Below are positions 1 to 10,611 of a DNA stretch of 64,000 nucleotides, in pieces; position 1 is the first letter of the stretch, and each line of letters opens with the position of its first letter. The notes beneath the pieces were generated by a model. The model was not told where the DNA came from, made no database searches, and saw nothing but the letters and a program-made list of their open reading frames with translations. Made by a program: the position numbers and the translations under genes. This DNA is from Mesotaenium endlicherianum (taxonomy: Eukaryota). The stretch spans positions 11,004 to 75,003 of the forward strand of contig WELA01001210.1 in assembly GCA_009602735.1 (NCBI GenBank), read 5' to 3'.

Positions 1-1300
1 TTGTCAAAAAGCCCCACGGTTCCTACAATGCAATTAAAGAAGACCGGGCTGAGGATGATCAGGGTGATGGATATGAGTATGAGTATAATGCCATCCAGTC
101 TAGAGGTAGAGGTGGTTTCTCTCGAGGCGGCTATGGAAGAGGTGGTGGTAGGACTAAGCCGAGACCAGCCTCAGCAAAATCCACTTGCTACCATTGTCAG
201 CAGTTGGGCCACTACAGAGAACAGTGTCCAGTCAAGCACCTTCCGAAGGTCGAGAGAAAAGACCAGCCTTTAAAAGACAGCAACAGTCAGTAATCCAGTC
301 TACTGACTGTGAGGATGCTAGAGATAGTGAGTCGTCACTAGCTGCCCTCGTAGCAGGTATTATGGGTCCTGCTGAACTGGATTCACTATGCATGCCTGAC
401 AACCAGATAAAGGAGACCATCAGCAATATAGACGTCCAGAGAGTGCACACTCTGGATGCTCTTGTTCCACCTGATGTCCAACATTTCTTTGCTACGTCAG
501 GAGAACAATGCGAAAGTCAGGAAAAGACAGTCTCCCCTATCCTACTCCATTGCATGATTGCAGGTAGGAAGGTGAGGGCATTTGTCGACGGAGGGGCGTC
601 ACATACTTTTATCCATAAGGACTTAGTTAAGCGGCTAAGGCTGCTTACTGTCACCCAAAGGAATAGAAAGATATTCCTTGGAGATGCCTCAAGTATCCCG
701 AGAGGAGTTATAACCAAGCCTATTGAGGTCCAGTTAGGTTCTGGCATTGCAGTTCTAACTGAAACGCTTACATTTGAGGTACTCAACCCTGGCTTTTATG
801 ATCTCGTGCTAAACAGGTCCTGGCTTAATAGACATCAAGCTGAAGTGTGTTGGAGCAGAGGTACAGTTAAAGTGAGAGGAGCCAGTGATGGGCAGACGGA
901 CTTAGCACCCACCAGTGCTCTTCCTCTTGTCCTGTGTGGATGGCAAATGAAGGAAAAGAAGAGGCTTCCAGAAGGATGCAAGTTGCTGAATGCAATGGAG
1001 TTCGTCAAAAGCTGGAACCAGAAGGAAGACAGAATGTTCTGTCTGCTGCTAAGAGAGGTACCTCCTCAACCTGAAGAAGTGGTTGAGAAAAAGGTAAGCC
1101 CTCCGGAGCACCCTACTGCTGCAAAAATTGTTGCTCAGTACACGGATGTATTTAATATGCCTCCAGGACTACCCCCTAAGAGGGAAGTAGATCATAGGAT
1201 TGATTTATCACCTGGGAGTCAGCGAACCTGCCAACGCACTTATGGCTTGTCTTATGTGGAGAGCGAGGAGTTGAAAACATAGATTGCAGAGCTCAAGGAA
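1..1300 (+). mobile_element. Truncated copy of the main chromovirus family (gag C-terminus, protease, start of RT)
   Basis: Zinc knuckle [14 protein letters not shown], protease FVDGGA; near-identical to the intact copy; stop at 1280-1282 and homology ends near 1300. Confidence 0.9.
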
Positions 1301-1369
1301 CCCTAGGTTGATGTTCCGCACATGTGGAGCTTGGTTTTTATACGACAACCTCGACTCAATAAGTCATGA

Positions 1370-1759
1370 CAGCCTTCTCCTGGGCAGCCCTCAAGTTGAC
1401 TGGTACATATACCAGCATTCCAGAAGGATGTTGCATGACATGAGCTAAGGGTATATGCCCTCTCTGCGAGGGAGATGCCGGCAAGCCTTTGGCTATTTCT
1501 CTAGCAGCCATCCTGTCTGCCCTGTCTGACTTGGTCTCCGTGCCTGAAGATGGGCTCTGTCCTATGGCGGTTCCCAGCCAAGTGATATCCTCCTCTTCAG
1601 CGAGCTGCTGCAGGGCCAACTCAGTCTTCTCCCTTACAGGGGATGTGGCAGGTGATAGGATCACGGCGGGGCTAGTGTCCTCCTCCTCGCCTTCCTCCTC
1701 TTCTTCCTCTGACCTCTCCTCCTCTCCGTCCCCGGGTTCCTCTGAAACTGCTGGGGTCT
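1370..1759 (-). pseudogene. C-terminal part of the type-B extra ORF of B1
   Basis: Matches 36127-36516 of copy B2 (GHIPLAHVMQHPSGM motif); split from 10612-11739 by the A1 insertion. Confidence 0.85.
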
Positions 1760-2505
1760 TGAAATGAATCGACTTACCAAATAGGTGATTAACAATTAAT
1801 AAAGATCTTTATATCAGCAAGTAATCTTTATGGTACTTTCCGTTAACTGGTTAAACGGCGAAGGACAATACACTAGCAATGAATAATACTCGTCAGTCAA
1901 ATGAGAGTAAACTAGCATCAATAATGCAAATCAGTAAACTCATACATAAGCAAGGTTAGAAGACAGTGCGTATCAATGGCTTCCCGCCTTGGATTCAGAG
2001 TTCTCTCAGTAAGCTCTACAAGAGAGTTGGCCTCGTTTCCGAATACCCAACCCGAGAGCAATGCCTAGCATATGTACATGGAATGAGTTTACTGTTCAAC
2101 GGTCAGTGCGATGGCACCGCCTACCCGGGAGTTAACCACGTTGGTAGGACCTCGGTTAACCAAATCCACCGCCATCTCCCATCATCCCGAATAGCCATCC
2201 ATCATGGGGATGTCATCTGGCCATTCATCTAGCAGGTGGTACTTAGATGCATATCAAGGCAGTTCGCTGCTACCGAGCACGGAAGTCAGCTGGCTGTCAA
2301 AGAATGTGTCAGCAAGCTGACTTAAGTTGACTTCAGCCTGCTGCTTTTGGCCGAGTCATTAAACTGATAATTATGTAAAGTCCAGCAGACTGATTATTAA
2401 CTAAAGTTCAGCAGACAGACTACTAACTAAAGATCAGCAGGCTGAACTAAATTAATTATTATATTTAAATGAATATGCTATCTACTAATATACTGATTCA
2501 TTACA
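1760..2505 (-). repeat. 3' LTR of A1
   Basis: Direct repeat of 9861-10606; minus-strand ends TGTAATGAATC...GATTCATTTCA form terminal inverted repeats. Confidence 0.97.
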
Positions 2506-2520
2506 ATCCCTCCAACTTAA
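2506..2520 (-). promoter_or_regulatory. Polypurine tract of A1
   Basis: Minus-strand TTAAGTTGGAGGGAT abuts the 3' LTR; same motif at 35878 and 42965. Confidence 0.8.
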
Positions 2521-2618
2521 CTTGTTGTCGCCTCGACAACATTAAACTGCAAAAGCTTTAAATAAAGAAACTGACCCTGACCAGCCTCCCTTACTGACTA
2601 TCTTTTCAGCCTGTCACC

Positions 2619-4295
2619 TTAAGGGGTGGTTCCTGGGGCTTCAGGATCAGGAGACGGAGATCTGGACCTAGATCTGGACAGCCCTCTAGGTCTGTCAGCT
2701 GGCCTTCTAAAGAACCCGGTTTGCTCTAAAGTTGGACCTCGAGGAGAACGAAGGATGGTAGCCTGCTCTTCAACCACTTGGGTGTTGATGCCCACATAGA
2801 CAGGCATTCCAGTAGGATGCTGAAATACATTGGCTAGAGGTACATGCCCCTGAGCGGAGGGGGAGGCTGGCATACCTCTGGCCCACCCGCGTGTCCCTCT
2901 TCTGGCACCCCTGTCCTCTGGGGATTTCTGTCTGTGTCTGCTGCCCAGTACCGTCAGATCAGCTTCTTCCCCTGCTTGGGCAGGTGGGCTGGGGGAGCGA
3001 GCGCGGGGTCCAGTTGTCGCCATAACGGGGATCACATTCCACACACCTGATCGTGGTTCTTTAGGAAGTGCCACTGCCTGTCCCTGGGTATCCTGAGTAC
3101 CTGCTGCTGATGCTTCTCCTCTGCCTTGTTCTTCTTCCTCATCCTCCTCATCCTCCTCCTCGGAGAGAGTAGGGGTCTCGTCCACTAAGTCGTCCTGCTC
3201 CCTAGTAGACATGGAGTAGTCTACCGACCTCCCTTTCTTAGGGCGCGCTGGAGGTTGCTTGGCCTTCAGCCTACTGATATCTATCCGGCCTGCATTCTTT
3301 GCCCATTTGACAAAGGCATGCTTTCCCTTAGAGAAGTACTCTCTTCCCCTCCTCCTATGTTCCTTGGTCTCTGCATTCATATTGCTCAGGCATCCATTCA
3401 GCCTGGGGTCCCAAGGGGCAATGTGAGGTGGTAGGATGAGATAGCCGTCTAGGCCATAGTGGAAGTCATCCGGTTGGGCTCGGTCACACTCCTGCTTCTT
3501 ATTTGTGACGGTCATCCACCTCCAGTCTGTTGGCTGCTGGTAGTACTGGGGTCCGTGCTCAGCCTTCCTCAGTTTACACGGGAACCAGTGGGGAGAGAAC
3601 ATCTGCTGTCCTGCTTCCCTGGCCAAGTACTCCCAGCTCCTTCTCTCAACTTCATTGTAAGCTGGCAGGAGTGTGAGGTAGAATACCGTATCCTTAAAGC
3701 TATCGGGCCGCATGCTCACCATCCGGATGAGTCTCTGATCTCCCACTATTCCCGGTATGGGGACCGGCTTGTCCTCTGAATCATCTGCGAGATACCGGGC
3801 CTGCTCTGCTGTATAGCCCACCATCTTAGCATAATCTTCGTAAAGGACCACGCCGGTGTGTGTCTCGATGTACCTGTCCAGTGCTGTAGCTCCTTCCTTC
3901 TGTAGCAGTGTTGTCTGTTCCAGCCTGTTGATCTCCTGGGCTGCCAGCAATGCTTCCTTCAGGTTATCGAAGTTTTGGCCACCCACCACAGTATACCTGT
4001 AAGTGGCCAAGCTCTTCTGTCTGTCCGCTTCAATCTTTTTTCTTTTCTCCTCTTCTGCCGCTGCCGCTTCTTCTTGCTGTTTCTTCTGTCTCTCCTCCTC
4101 AGCCTTCCTGAGGTTTTCCGCTTCCTGATCCTTCTTCCTCTGTGCCTCTTCTGCCGCCTCTTGTTGTTTGCGGACCCTTTCTTGTTCTCTCCTGGTGAGG
4201 GACGTCGCCGCCAGCTCCTTCTGGTATTGCTCCATTGTCCTCCTGGCTTCTTCTGCCTTGCGCTTTCTGTCCTCCTTTTGTGTGGTGGGCGCCAT
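2619..4295 (-). CDS. Extra ORF type A (~558 aa from MAPTTQK), unknown function
   Basis: Long intact ORF between pol and PPT, same sense as gag-pol; charged coiled-coil N-terminus, conserved globular core, acidic and RS-rich tail; homologous to type B. Confidence 0.85.
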   Translation of the reverse strand: MAPTTQKEDRKRKAEEARRTMEQYQKELAATSLTRREQERVRKQQEAAEEAQRKKDQEAENLRKAEEERQKKQQEEAAAAEEEKRKKIEADRQKSLATYRYTVVGGQNFDNLKEALLAAQEINRLEQTTLLQKEGATALDRYIETHTGVVLYEDYAKMVGYTAEQARYLADDSEDKPVPIPGIVGDQRLIRMVSMRPDSFKDTVFYLTLLPAYNEVERRSWEYLAREAGQQMFSPHWFPCKLRKAEHGPQYYQQPTDWRWMTVTNKKQECDRAQPDDFHYGLDGYLILPPHIAPWDPRLNGCLSNMNAETKEHRRRGREYFSKGKHAFVKWAKNAGRIDISRLKAKQPPARPKKGRSVDYSMSTREQDDLVDETPTLSEEEDEEDEEEEQGRGEASAAGTQDTQGQAVALPKEPRSGVWNVIPVMATTGPRARSPSPPAQAGEEADLTVLGSRHRQKSPEDRGARRGTRGWARGMPASPSAQGHVPLANVFQHPTGMPVYVGINTQVVEEQATILRSPRGPTLEQTGFFRRPADRPRGLSRSRSRSPSPDPEAPGTTP

Positions 4296-4562
4296 CCTGC
4301 ACATGTAACCAGGGCACAAGTTAGTAGGATATGGACCTTTGTCATAGGGATTGCAGGAAGTATGTTAGTATTTAGTATAGTGGCTTCGCTGCTGTTTACC
4401 TTACAGGATGATTGCTAAAAGTTGACGTAGTTGCGATGCGCTACACATAAACGTATGAGTGTGTTTTTATCGCTCTCGCTCACTAACTGTCATATATTTT
4501 CCCCTCCAACTTAAATGGAGACAGGACCGCCTGTCACCTTCCCGTGTCAACTGAAATGACAG

Positions 4563-7500
4563 TTATGGAGGGACTCCAGCGGCCCGAAGGTGGAACCGTG
4601 TCAACGCCCCTTTGGCATTGGTCAAGTGGTCCTTAAACTCCCAAGTGTCCCCAGAGGCATCGTAACCCTTCCATCGAATGAGGTATTTCATGACATATTT
4701 AGACGATCGACGGACCGAGCGAGCGTCTAAAATCTCATCGACCTCATATTCCTCAGGGTCGCCGTCCCGGACAGCGGGGACCGGTCCCGGTTGGACAGGG
4801 AACCGACCTGTGAACAGTGTATCACCTTTGATGTACGGTTCCAGGAAGGAGACATTAAAGACCGGGTGCCCCTTGTATTCAGCTGACATGTTCAGTTTGT
4901 AAGCATTCTGACCGACACGACGGACCACCGAATATGGACCGACCCAGACAGGGCCAAGCTTTTTCTTGACCACACCAGGGAGGTACAGGTGCTGAGAATG
5001 CAGTTTGACTAAATCCCCCTTGGAAAATGTCAGTTCCCGACGGTGTTGATTAGCGTATTTTTGTTGGTTTTCTTGGGCCGTGTGCAAGTTTCGTTGGACT
5101 TCTGACAGGGTGTCAGCAAACTCCTGAGTTAACTGGAGGGAGACCGGGTTGTCAATCCCTTCAGGGTGAGTTAAAGATTCCCCTAGCACATCTAGAGGAG
5201 ACTTAGGGACTCTACCCAGGCTGAGTTCAAAAGGAGTTTTGCCCGTTGACGCGTGCACCGCACTGTTGACCGCAAACTGAATTTGAGGCAACAGGTCATC
5301 CCAATTATCTTGTTTTTGGTTAATATATGCTCTCAGCACCTCCTGCAGAACTCGGTTAGTTCTTTCAGTCTGCCCATCAGTCTGAGGGTGGTTTGCTGTG
5401 CTGAGCAGCTGTTTGACTCCCATTAACCCCATTAAAGCTCTCCAGAACTTAGAGGTGAATTTTGAGTCTCTGTCTGAGATGATATTAGAAGGGAGCCCAT
5501 GTTGGCATACTACATGGTTGTAAAACTGTCTCGCTGTTTCGAGTGCAGTCACTTTGACAGTTGTGGGGATAAAAATGACCATTTTTGTCAGTTTATCCAC
5601 GACTACCAGTATTGAATCATGCCCGTTGGCAGTTCTTGGTAGTGAGACCACCCAGTCCATGGATATAGTTTCCCAGCGTCCCGCTGGGATGGGTAGCGGT
5701 TGCAAGAGACCTCCGGGTGGTGTGTGCCGAGACTTATTTCTCTGACACTGGTCACAGGACTTGACATATTTCAAGACCTCCCGGGGTAACCCCTCCCAAT
5801 GATAATGTTTTGCCAGTTTGCCAACAGTTTTGGCCTGCCCCAAATGTCCACCCAGGAGACTGTCATGAGCTTGACTCAGTAAGAGAGACCTTATTTCCAA
5901 GTTATTAGGAATGACCAGCTTCAGCCTGCCTGAAGTGGTTTCAGTCACCCAGACCCCTCCCTTAAGCTTATACCCGAGTGCAGTAGCACGACACACACCA
6001 GTAGTGGGGCTGGGCTCAAATGTTGGGTCAGAAAGGTAGGCTTTCCTAAGTTGTTCAAGGAAGGACTTTTTCACCTTTAGTGAAGTGAGTGCACACAGGA
6101 CTTTATCTACAGCATGCTGACTAAAGTTCCTTTCTTGCAAGTCAGGTCTTCTAGAGAGTGCATCAGCAGGATTCAACTTCCCTGGTTTGTAGTCGATCTG
6201 GACTTGGAACTGCTCCAGCATCTGGCTCCAGCGGTTCTCCCTCCTCGACAGCTTGGACTTCTTCTGAAAGTGGGTCAGAGCTAGATGATCTGTAATCACC
6301 TTAAAAGCTTTACCATGTAAGTATGCTCTCCACTGTTTGAGTACATGAATGATAGCTAGCAGCTCTTTATCATGCACTGAGTAATTAATCTCCGCTGGAT
6401 TAAATTTCATAGACTCATACAACACAGGATGCCACTCCTGCCGTACCTTACCATCCTTTGTGGTTTTGTCAGCAGGCTGCAACAAAATAGCACCCATGGC
6501 AAAATCAGAGGCATCAGTAACCACCTGCACCGGTTTGCTGGGGTCATACACGGCTAGCACTGGGGCAGAACAAAGGGCATCTTTAAGGGTCTGGAAGGCA
6601 GCCTGCTGCTCTTCCCCCCACACATACCCGATGTCTTTCTTAGTAAGGTCAGTCAGTTTACTGGCCTTTGTGGAATAATTCTCAATAAATCTCCTATAGT
6701 AGTTAGCCAACCCGAGGAAGGATCTAACTTCAGAGACAGACTGTGGTACTGGCCAGTCCCTTATGGTCTGGACTTTCTTAGGATCCACACTGATGCCCTC
6801 TTTACTGACAACGTGGCCTAAGAATTCAATACTTTCCTTAAAGAAATCACACTTGCTCATTTTAGCATACAAGTGATTTTTCCGCAGAGTGTCCAGCACT
6901 TTCTTTAAGTGTTCAGTGTGCTGAGCTTCATCTTTAGAGAAAATTAAAATATCATCCAGGAAAACTTGCACAAACTTATCCAAATAAGGTCTGAAAATGT
7001 CATTCATAGCACCCATAAAGGTAGCAGGAGCATTAGTCAGTCCAAATGGCATCACGTTGAACTCATAGTGTCCATAACGTGTGCGGAAAGCAGTCTTGTG
7101 TTCATCCCCCTCAGCAATTCTGATTTGATGATAACCACTCTTGAGATCTATCTTACTGAACACCTTAGCGCCAGACAGGGTATCAAGCAAGTCCTCGATT
7201 CTGGGTAAAGCATACTTGTTCTTTACTGTAATTCTGTTCAGGGCTCTGTAATCCACACACATCCGCATACTGCCATCCTTTTTCTTAACAAATAGGATAG
7301 GTGCGCCGTACGGTGATTTACTGGGAGAAATGTAACCATTTTCCTCCAGCTCTGCAATCTGTGTTTTCAACTCCTCGCTCTCCAAATAAGACAAGCCATA
7401 AGTGCGTTGCCAGGGTGGCTGGCTACCAGGTAATAGATCAATCCTATGATCTACTTCCCTTTTAGGGGGTAGTCCTGGAGGCATGTTAAACACATCAGTG

Positions 7501-8372
7501 TACTGAGCAACAATTTTTGCAGCAGTAGGGTGCTCCGGAGGGCTTACCTTTTTCTCAACCACTTCTTCAGGTTGAGGAGGTACCTCTCTTAGCAGCAGAC
7601 AGAACATTCTGTCTTCCTTCTGGTTCCAGCTTTTGACGAACTCCATTGCATTCAGCAACTTGCATCCTTCTGGAAGCCTCTTCTTTTCCTTCATTTGCCA
7701 TCCACACAGGACAAGAGGAAGAGCACTGGTGGGTGCCAAGTCAGTCTGCCCATCACTGGCTCCTCTCACTTTAACTGTACCTCTGCTCCAACACACTTCA
7801 GCTTGATGTCTATTAAGCCAGGACCTGCCTAGCACGAGATCATAAAAGCCAGTGTTGAGTACCTCAAATGTAAGCGTTTCAGTTAGAACTGCAATGCCAG
7901 AACCTAACTGGACCTCAATAGGCTTGGTTATAACTCCTCCCGGGATACTTGAGGCATCTCCAAGGAATATTTTTCTATTCCCTTGGGTGACAGTAGGCAG
8001 CCTTAGCCGCTTAACTAAGTCCTTGTGAATAAAAGTATGTGACGCCCCTCCGTCAACAAATGCCCTCACCTTCCTACCTGCAATCATGCAATGCAGTAGG
8101 ATAGGGGGGACTGTCTTTTCCTGACTTTCGCATTGTTCTCCTGACGTAGCAAAGAAATGTTGGACATCAGGTGGAACAAGAGCATCCAGAGTGTGCACTC
8201 TCTGGACGTCTATATTACTGATGGTCTCCTTTATCTGTTTGTCAGGCATGCATAGTGAATCCAGTTCAGCAGGACCCATAATACCTGCTACGAGGGCAGC
8301 TAGTGACGACTCACTATCTCTAGCATCCTCACAGTCAGTAGACTGGATTACTGACTGTTGCTGTCTTTTAAA
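4563..8372 (-). CDS. pol: Pol polyprotein PR-RT-RNaseH-IN-chromodomain (-1 frame relative to gag)
   Basis: FVDGGA protease; [33 protein letters not shown]; RNase[38 protein letters not shown] motif; chromodomain [21 protein letters not shown]. Confidence 0.97.
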   Translation of the reverse strand, partial: FKRQQQSVIQSTDCEDARDSESSLAALVAGIMGPAELDSLCMPDKQIKETISNIDVQRVHTLDALVPPDVQHFFATSGEQCESQEKTVPPILLHCMIAGRKVRAFVDGGASHTFIHKDLVKRLRLPTVTQGNRKIFLGDASSIPGGVITKPIEVQLGSGIAVLTETLTFEVLNTGFYDLVLGRSWLNRHQAEVCWSRGTVKVRGASDGQTDLAPTSALPLVLCGWQMKEKKRLPEGCKLLNAMEFVKSWNQKEDRMFCLLLREVPPQPEEVVEKKVSPPEHPTAAKIVAQYTDVFNMPPGLPPKREVDHRIDLLPGSQPPWQRTYGLSYLESEELKTQIAELEENGYISPSKSPYGAPILFVKKKDGSMRMCVDYRALNRITVKNKYALPRIEDLLDTLSGAKVFSKIDLKSGYHQIRIAEGDEHKTAFRTRYGHYEFNVMPFGLTNAPATFMGAMNDIFRPYLDKFVQVFLDDILIFSKDEAQHTEHLKKVLDTLRKNHLYAKMSKCDFFKESIEFLGHVVSKEGISVDPKKVQTIRDWPVPQSVSEVRSFLGLANYYRRFIENYSTKASKLTDLTKKDIGYVWGEEQQAAFQTLKDALCSAPVLAVYDPSKPVQVVTDASDFAMGAILLQPADKTTKDGKVRQEWHPVLYESMKFNPAEINYSVHDKELLAIIHVLKQWRAYLHGKAFKVITDHLALTHFQKKSKLSRRENRWSQMLEQFQVQIDYKPGKLNPADALSRRPDLQERNFSQHAVDKVLCALTSLKVKKSFLEQLRKAYLSDPTFEPSPTTGVCRATALGYKLKGGVWVTETTSGRLKLVIPNNLEIRSLLLSQAHDSLLGGHLGQAKTVGKLAKHYHWEGLPREVLKYVKSCDQCQRNKSRHTPPGGLLQPLPIPAGRWETISMDWVVSLPRTANGHDSILVVVDKLTKMVIFIPTTVKVTALETARQFYNHVVCQHGLPSNIISDRDSKFTSKFWRALMGLMGVKQLLSTANHPQTDGQTERTNRVLQEVLRAYINQKQDNWDDLLPQIQFAVNSAVHASTGKTPFELSLGRVPKSPLDVLGESLTHPEGIDNPVSLQLTQEFADTLSEVQRNLHTAQENQQKYANQHRRELTFSKGDLVKLHSQHLYLPGVVKKKLGPVWVGPYSVVRRVGQNAYKLNMSAEYKGHPVFNVSFLEPYIKGDTLFTGRFPVQPGPVPAVRDGDPEEYEVDEILDARSVRRSSKYVMKYLIRWKGYDASGDTWEFKDHLTNAKGALTRFHLRAAGVPP
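8331..8372 (-). promoter_or_regulatory. Candidate -1 ribosomal frameshift signal
   Basis: T TTA AAA in gag phase (8372-8366), 7-nt spacer, perfect 10-bp stem ACAGTCAGTA/TACTGACTGT. Confidence 0.75.
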
Positions 8373-9826
8373 GGCTGGTCTTTTCTCTCGACCTTAGGCA
8401 GGTGCTTGACCGGACACTGTTCTCTGTAGTGGCCTTTCTGCTGACAATGGTAGCAAGTAGATTTTGCTGAGGCTGGTCTCGGCTTAGTCCTACCACCACC
8501 CCTTCCATAGCCACCTCGAGAGGGACCACCTCTACCTCTAGACTGAATAGCATTGTACTCATACTCATATTCATCACCCTGATTATCCTCAGCCTGGTCT
8601 CCTTCAACTGCATTGTAGGAACCGTGGGGCTTTTTGACAATCTTAGACACCAAAGCGTTACTCTGGCGCTTGTGATTGAACTGCTGCTGATCCCAGGCGT
8701 CAGCATCCTGGATCAAGTCAGCCAGTTTCTCATACTTTTTCTCAGCAAAATGACCAGAGACCTCGGATTTCAAGCCATACCTGAAGTATGCTATCCTATA
8801 CCGTTCTGGCAAATCAGGCTGCTTCATCATGTTCTCTTGGAACTTTTGAGCAAACTCAGCAACTGAAGTGGTCTGCTTCAGTGTCAGGGAGATCATCGCA
8901 TAGATAGCTTTCTCCTGCTGGTTGATGACATCAAACTTCTCATGCAACTTCTCGACAAACTCTACCCACGTAGGGTCACCGAGTTGCCGAGCCTTACGCT
9001 CTTCCTTCCAGTAAAGCCACCAGTCTGCGGCACTGCCTTTCAGTAGCGCACCGGTGTGCCTGACCTTCTCGTAATCTTGCAGTTCTGGGTAGTTCTCCAG
9101 CCACTGCTCAACATCCGCGAGAAACTTGATCAGGTAATATTTTCTGTTTCCCTCAGGATCATAGTCCTGGGGAGGTTTCGGCTTGGGCTTACTAGGCCCT
9201 CGGCCACCACCACTAGTGGTGTGAGACCCCAGTTGGTCTCTGTCCCGGAGTAGGGACATTATGATTCTTTTGTCCTCCTGCTGGGACTGATACATGGTCG
9301 CCATTTGCGACTGCATCTGAACGAACAATGCTCCCAAGTCTACATTTTGGGGTGGTAGATTAGCAAATGCAGCAGCAGCATTGGCATCTACTCGCTGAGT
9401 AGTGTCCTCAACAATCCCTCTTGCTCCTGCAGCAGCAATTCCTGCCGCATTCAGCCGGTCACGTATTTGACCTAGGGGTACATTGAGTTGTACGGCAGGA
9501 GGTGGGTTCAGAACATTGGCCCTTGATGCCATAAGTTCTTCAACAGTGCGCTCGTCAGCTGGCTGTCCTTCCCTCCTTTGTATATCTTCAGCGGCCTTTG
9601 CTACTTGTTCAGCTTCTAGTCTGGCTATCTCCTCCTCAGCTTGCTGAGCTGCGACTGAGGCAATAGCAGCTGCCTCATCTGCAGCCTCCCTAGCTGCAGT
9701 ATCCGCTACTGCTTCCGAATAGGTACGGTTTCCCGCTACATGGCTTTCCGCCTGGTTTTCGACATTCTCGTTATCCTGGTTCTCCATGTCTCGGGAGTTG
9801 CTAGTTTGAGACCTTGTCCTTACCAT
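8348..9826 (-). CDS. gag: Gag (492 aa)
   Basis: MVRTRSQ start, retrotransposon-gag core [18 protein letters not shown] zinc knuckle. Confidence 0.95.
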   Translation of the reverse strand: MVRTRSQTSNSRDMENQDNENVENQAESHVAGNRTYSEAVADTAAREAADEAAAIASVAAQQAEEEIARLEAEQVAKAAEDIQRREGQPADERTVEELMASRANVLNPPPAVQLNVPLGQIRDRLNAAGIAAAGARGIVEDTTQRVDANAAAAFANLPPQNVDLGALFVQMQSQMATMYQSQQEDKRIIMSLLRDRDQLGSHTTSGGGRGPSKPKPKPPQDYDPEGNRKYYLIKFLADVEQWLENYPELQDYEKVRHTGALLKGSAADWWLYWKEERKARQLGDPTWVEFVEKLHEKFDVINQQEKAIYAMISLTLKQTTSVAEFAQKFQENMMKQPDLPERYRIAYFRYGLKSEVSGHFAEKKYEKLADLIQDADAWDQQQFNHKRQSNALVSKIVKKPHGSYNAVEGDQAEDNQGDEYEYEYNAIQSRGRGGPSRGGYGRGGGRTKPRPASAKSTCYHCQQKGHYREQCPVKHLPKVERKDQPLKDSNSQ

Positions 9827-9847
9827 ACAAAGAAGACTGTGATAACT

Positions 9848-9859
9848 GCTCCGATACCA
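9848..9859 (-). promoter_or_regulatory. Primer binding site, tRNA-iMet type
   Basis: TGGTATCGGAGC 1 nt inside the 5' LTR end; one G:U difference from the plant iMet PBS TGGTATCAGAGC. Confidence 0.85.
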
Positions 9860-9860
9860 C

Positions 9861-10606
9861 TGAAATGAATCGACTTACCAAATAGGCGATTAACAATTAA
9901 TAAAGATCTTTATATCAGCAAGTAATCTTTATGGTATTTTCCGTTAACTGGTTAAACGGCAAAGGACAACACACTAGCAGTGAATAATACTCGTAAGTCA
10001 AATGCGAGTAAACTAGCATCAATAATGCAAATCAGTAAACTCATACATAAGCAAGGTTAGAAGACAGTGCGTATCAATGGCTTCTCGCCTTGGATTCAGA
10101 TCTCTCTCAGTAAGCTGTACAAGAGAGTTGGCCTCGTTTCCGAATGCCGAACTCGAGAGCAATGCCTAGCATATGTACATGGAATGAGTTTACTGTTCAA
10201 CGGTCAGTGCGATGGCACCGCCTACCCGGGAGTTAACCACGTTGGTAGGACCTCGGTTAACCAAATCCACCGCCATCTCCCATCATCCCGAATAGCCATC
10301 CATCATGGGGATGTCATCTGGCCATTCATCTAGCAGGTCGTACTTAGATGCATATCAAGGCAGTTCGCTGCTACCGAGTACGGAAGTCAGCTGGCTGTCA
10401 AAGAATGTGTCAGCAAGCTGACTTAAGTTGACTTCAGCCTGCTGCTTTTGGCCGAGTCATTAAACTGATAATTATGTAAAGTCCAGCAGACTGATTATTA
10501 ACTAAAGTTCAGCAGACTGACTACTAACTAAAGATCAGCAGGCTGAACTAAATTAATTATTATATTTAAATGAATATTATATCTACTAATATACTGATTC
10601 ATTACA
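9861..10606 (-). repeat. 5' LTR of A1
   Basis: 746-bp direct repeat followed by PBS and gag. Confidence 0.97.
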
Positions 10607-10611
10607 GGTCT

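Larger units (their letters stand above)
1760..10606 (-). mobile_element. Intact Ty3/gypsy chromovirus LTR retrotransposon, copy A1 (8847 bp)
   Basis: Two 746-bp LTRs with TG..CA ends, TSD GGTCT at 1755-1759 and 10607-10611, PBS, PPT, uninterrupted gag, pol and extra ORF. Confidence 0.97.

Noticed and set aside
1966..2232. 88-aa antisense ORF MRINGF in most LTR copies
   Set aside because: GTG start, no recognisable motif, broken in the B1 and F LTRs; recurrence is explained by LTR identity.
3975..4418. Hydrophobic plus-strand ORF that could look like a membrane or Env protein
   Set aside because: Antisense shadow of the E/K/Q/R-rich coiled-coil codons.
8040..8062. Protease active site DGG instead of D[ST]G as an inactivating change
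   Set aside because: Present in all young copies and known from other gypsy proteases.
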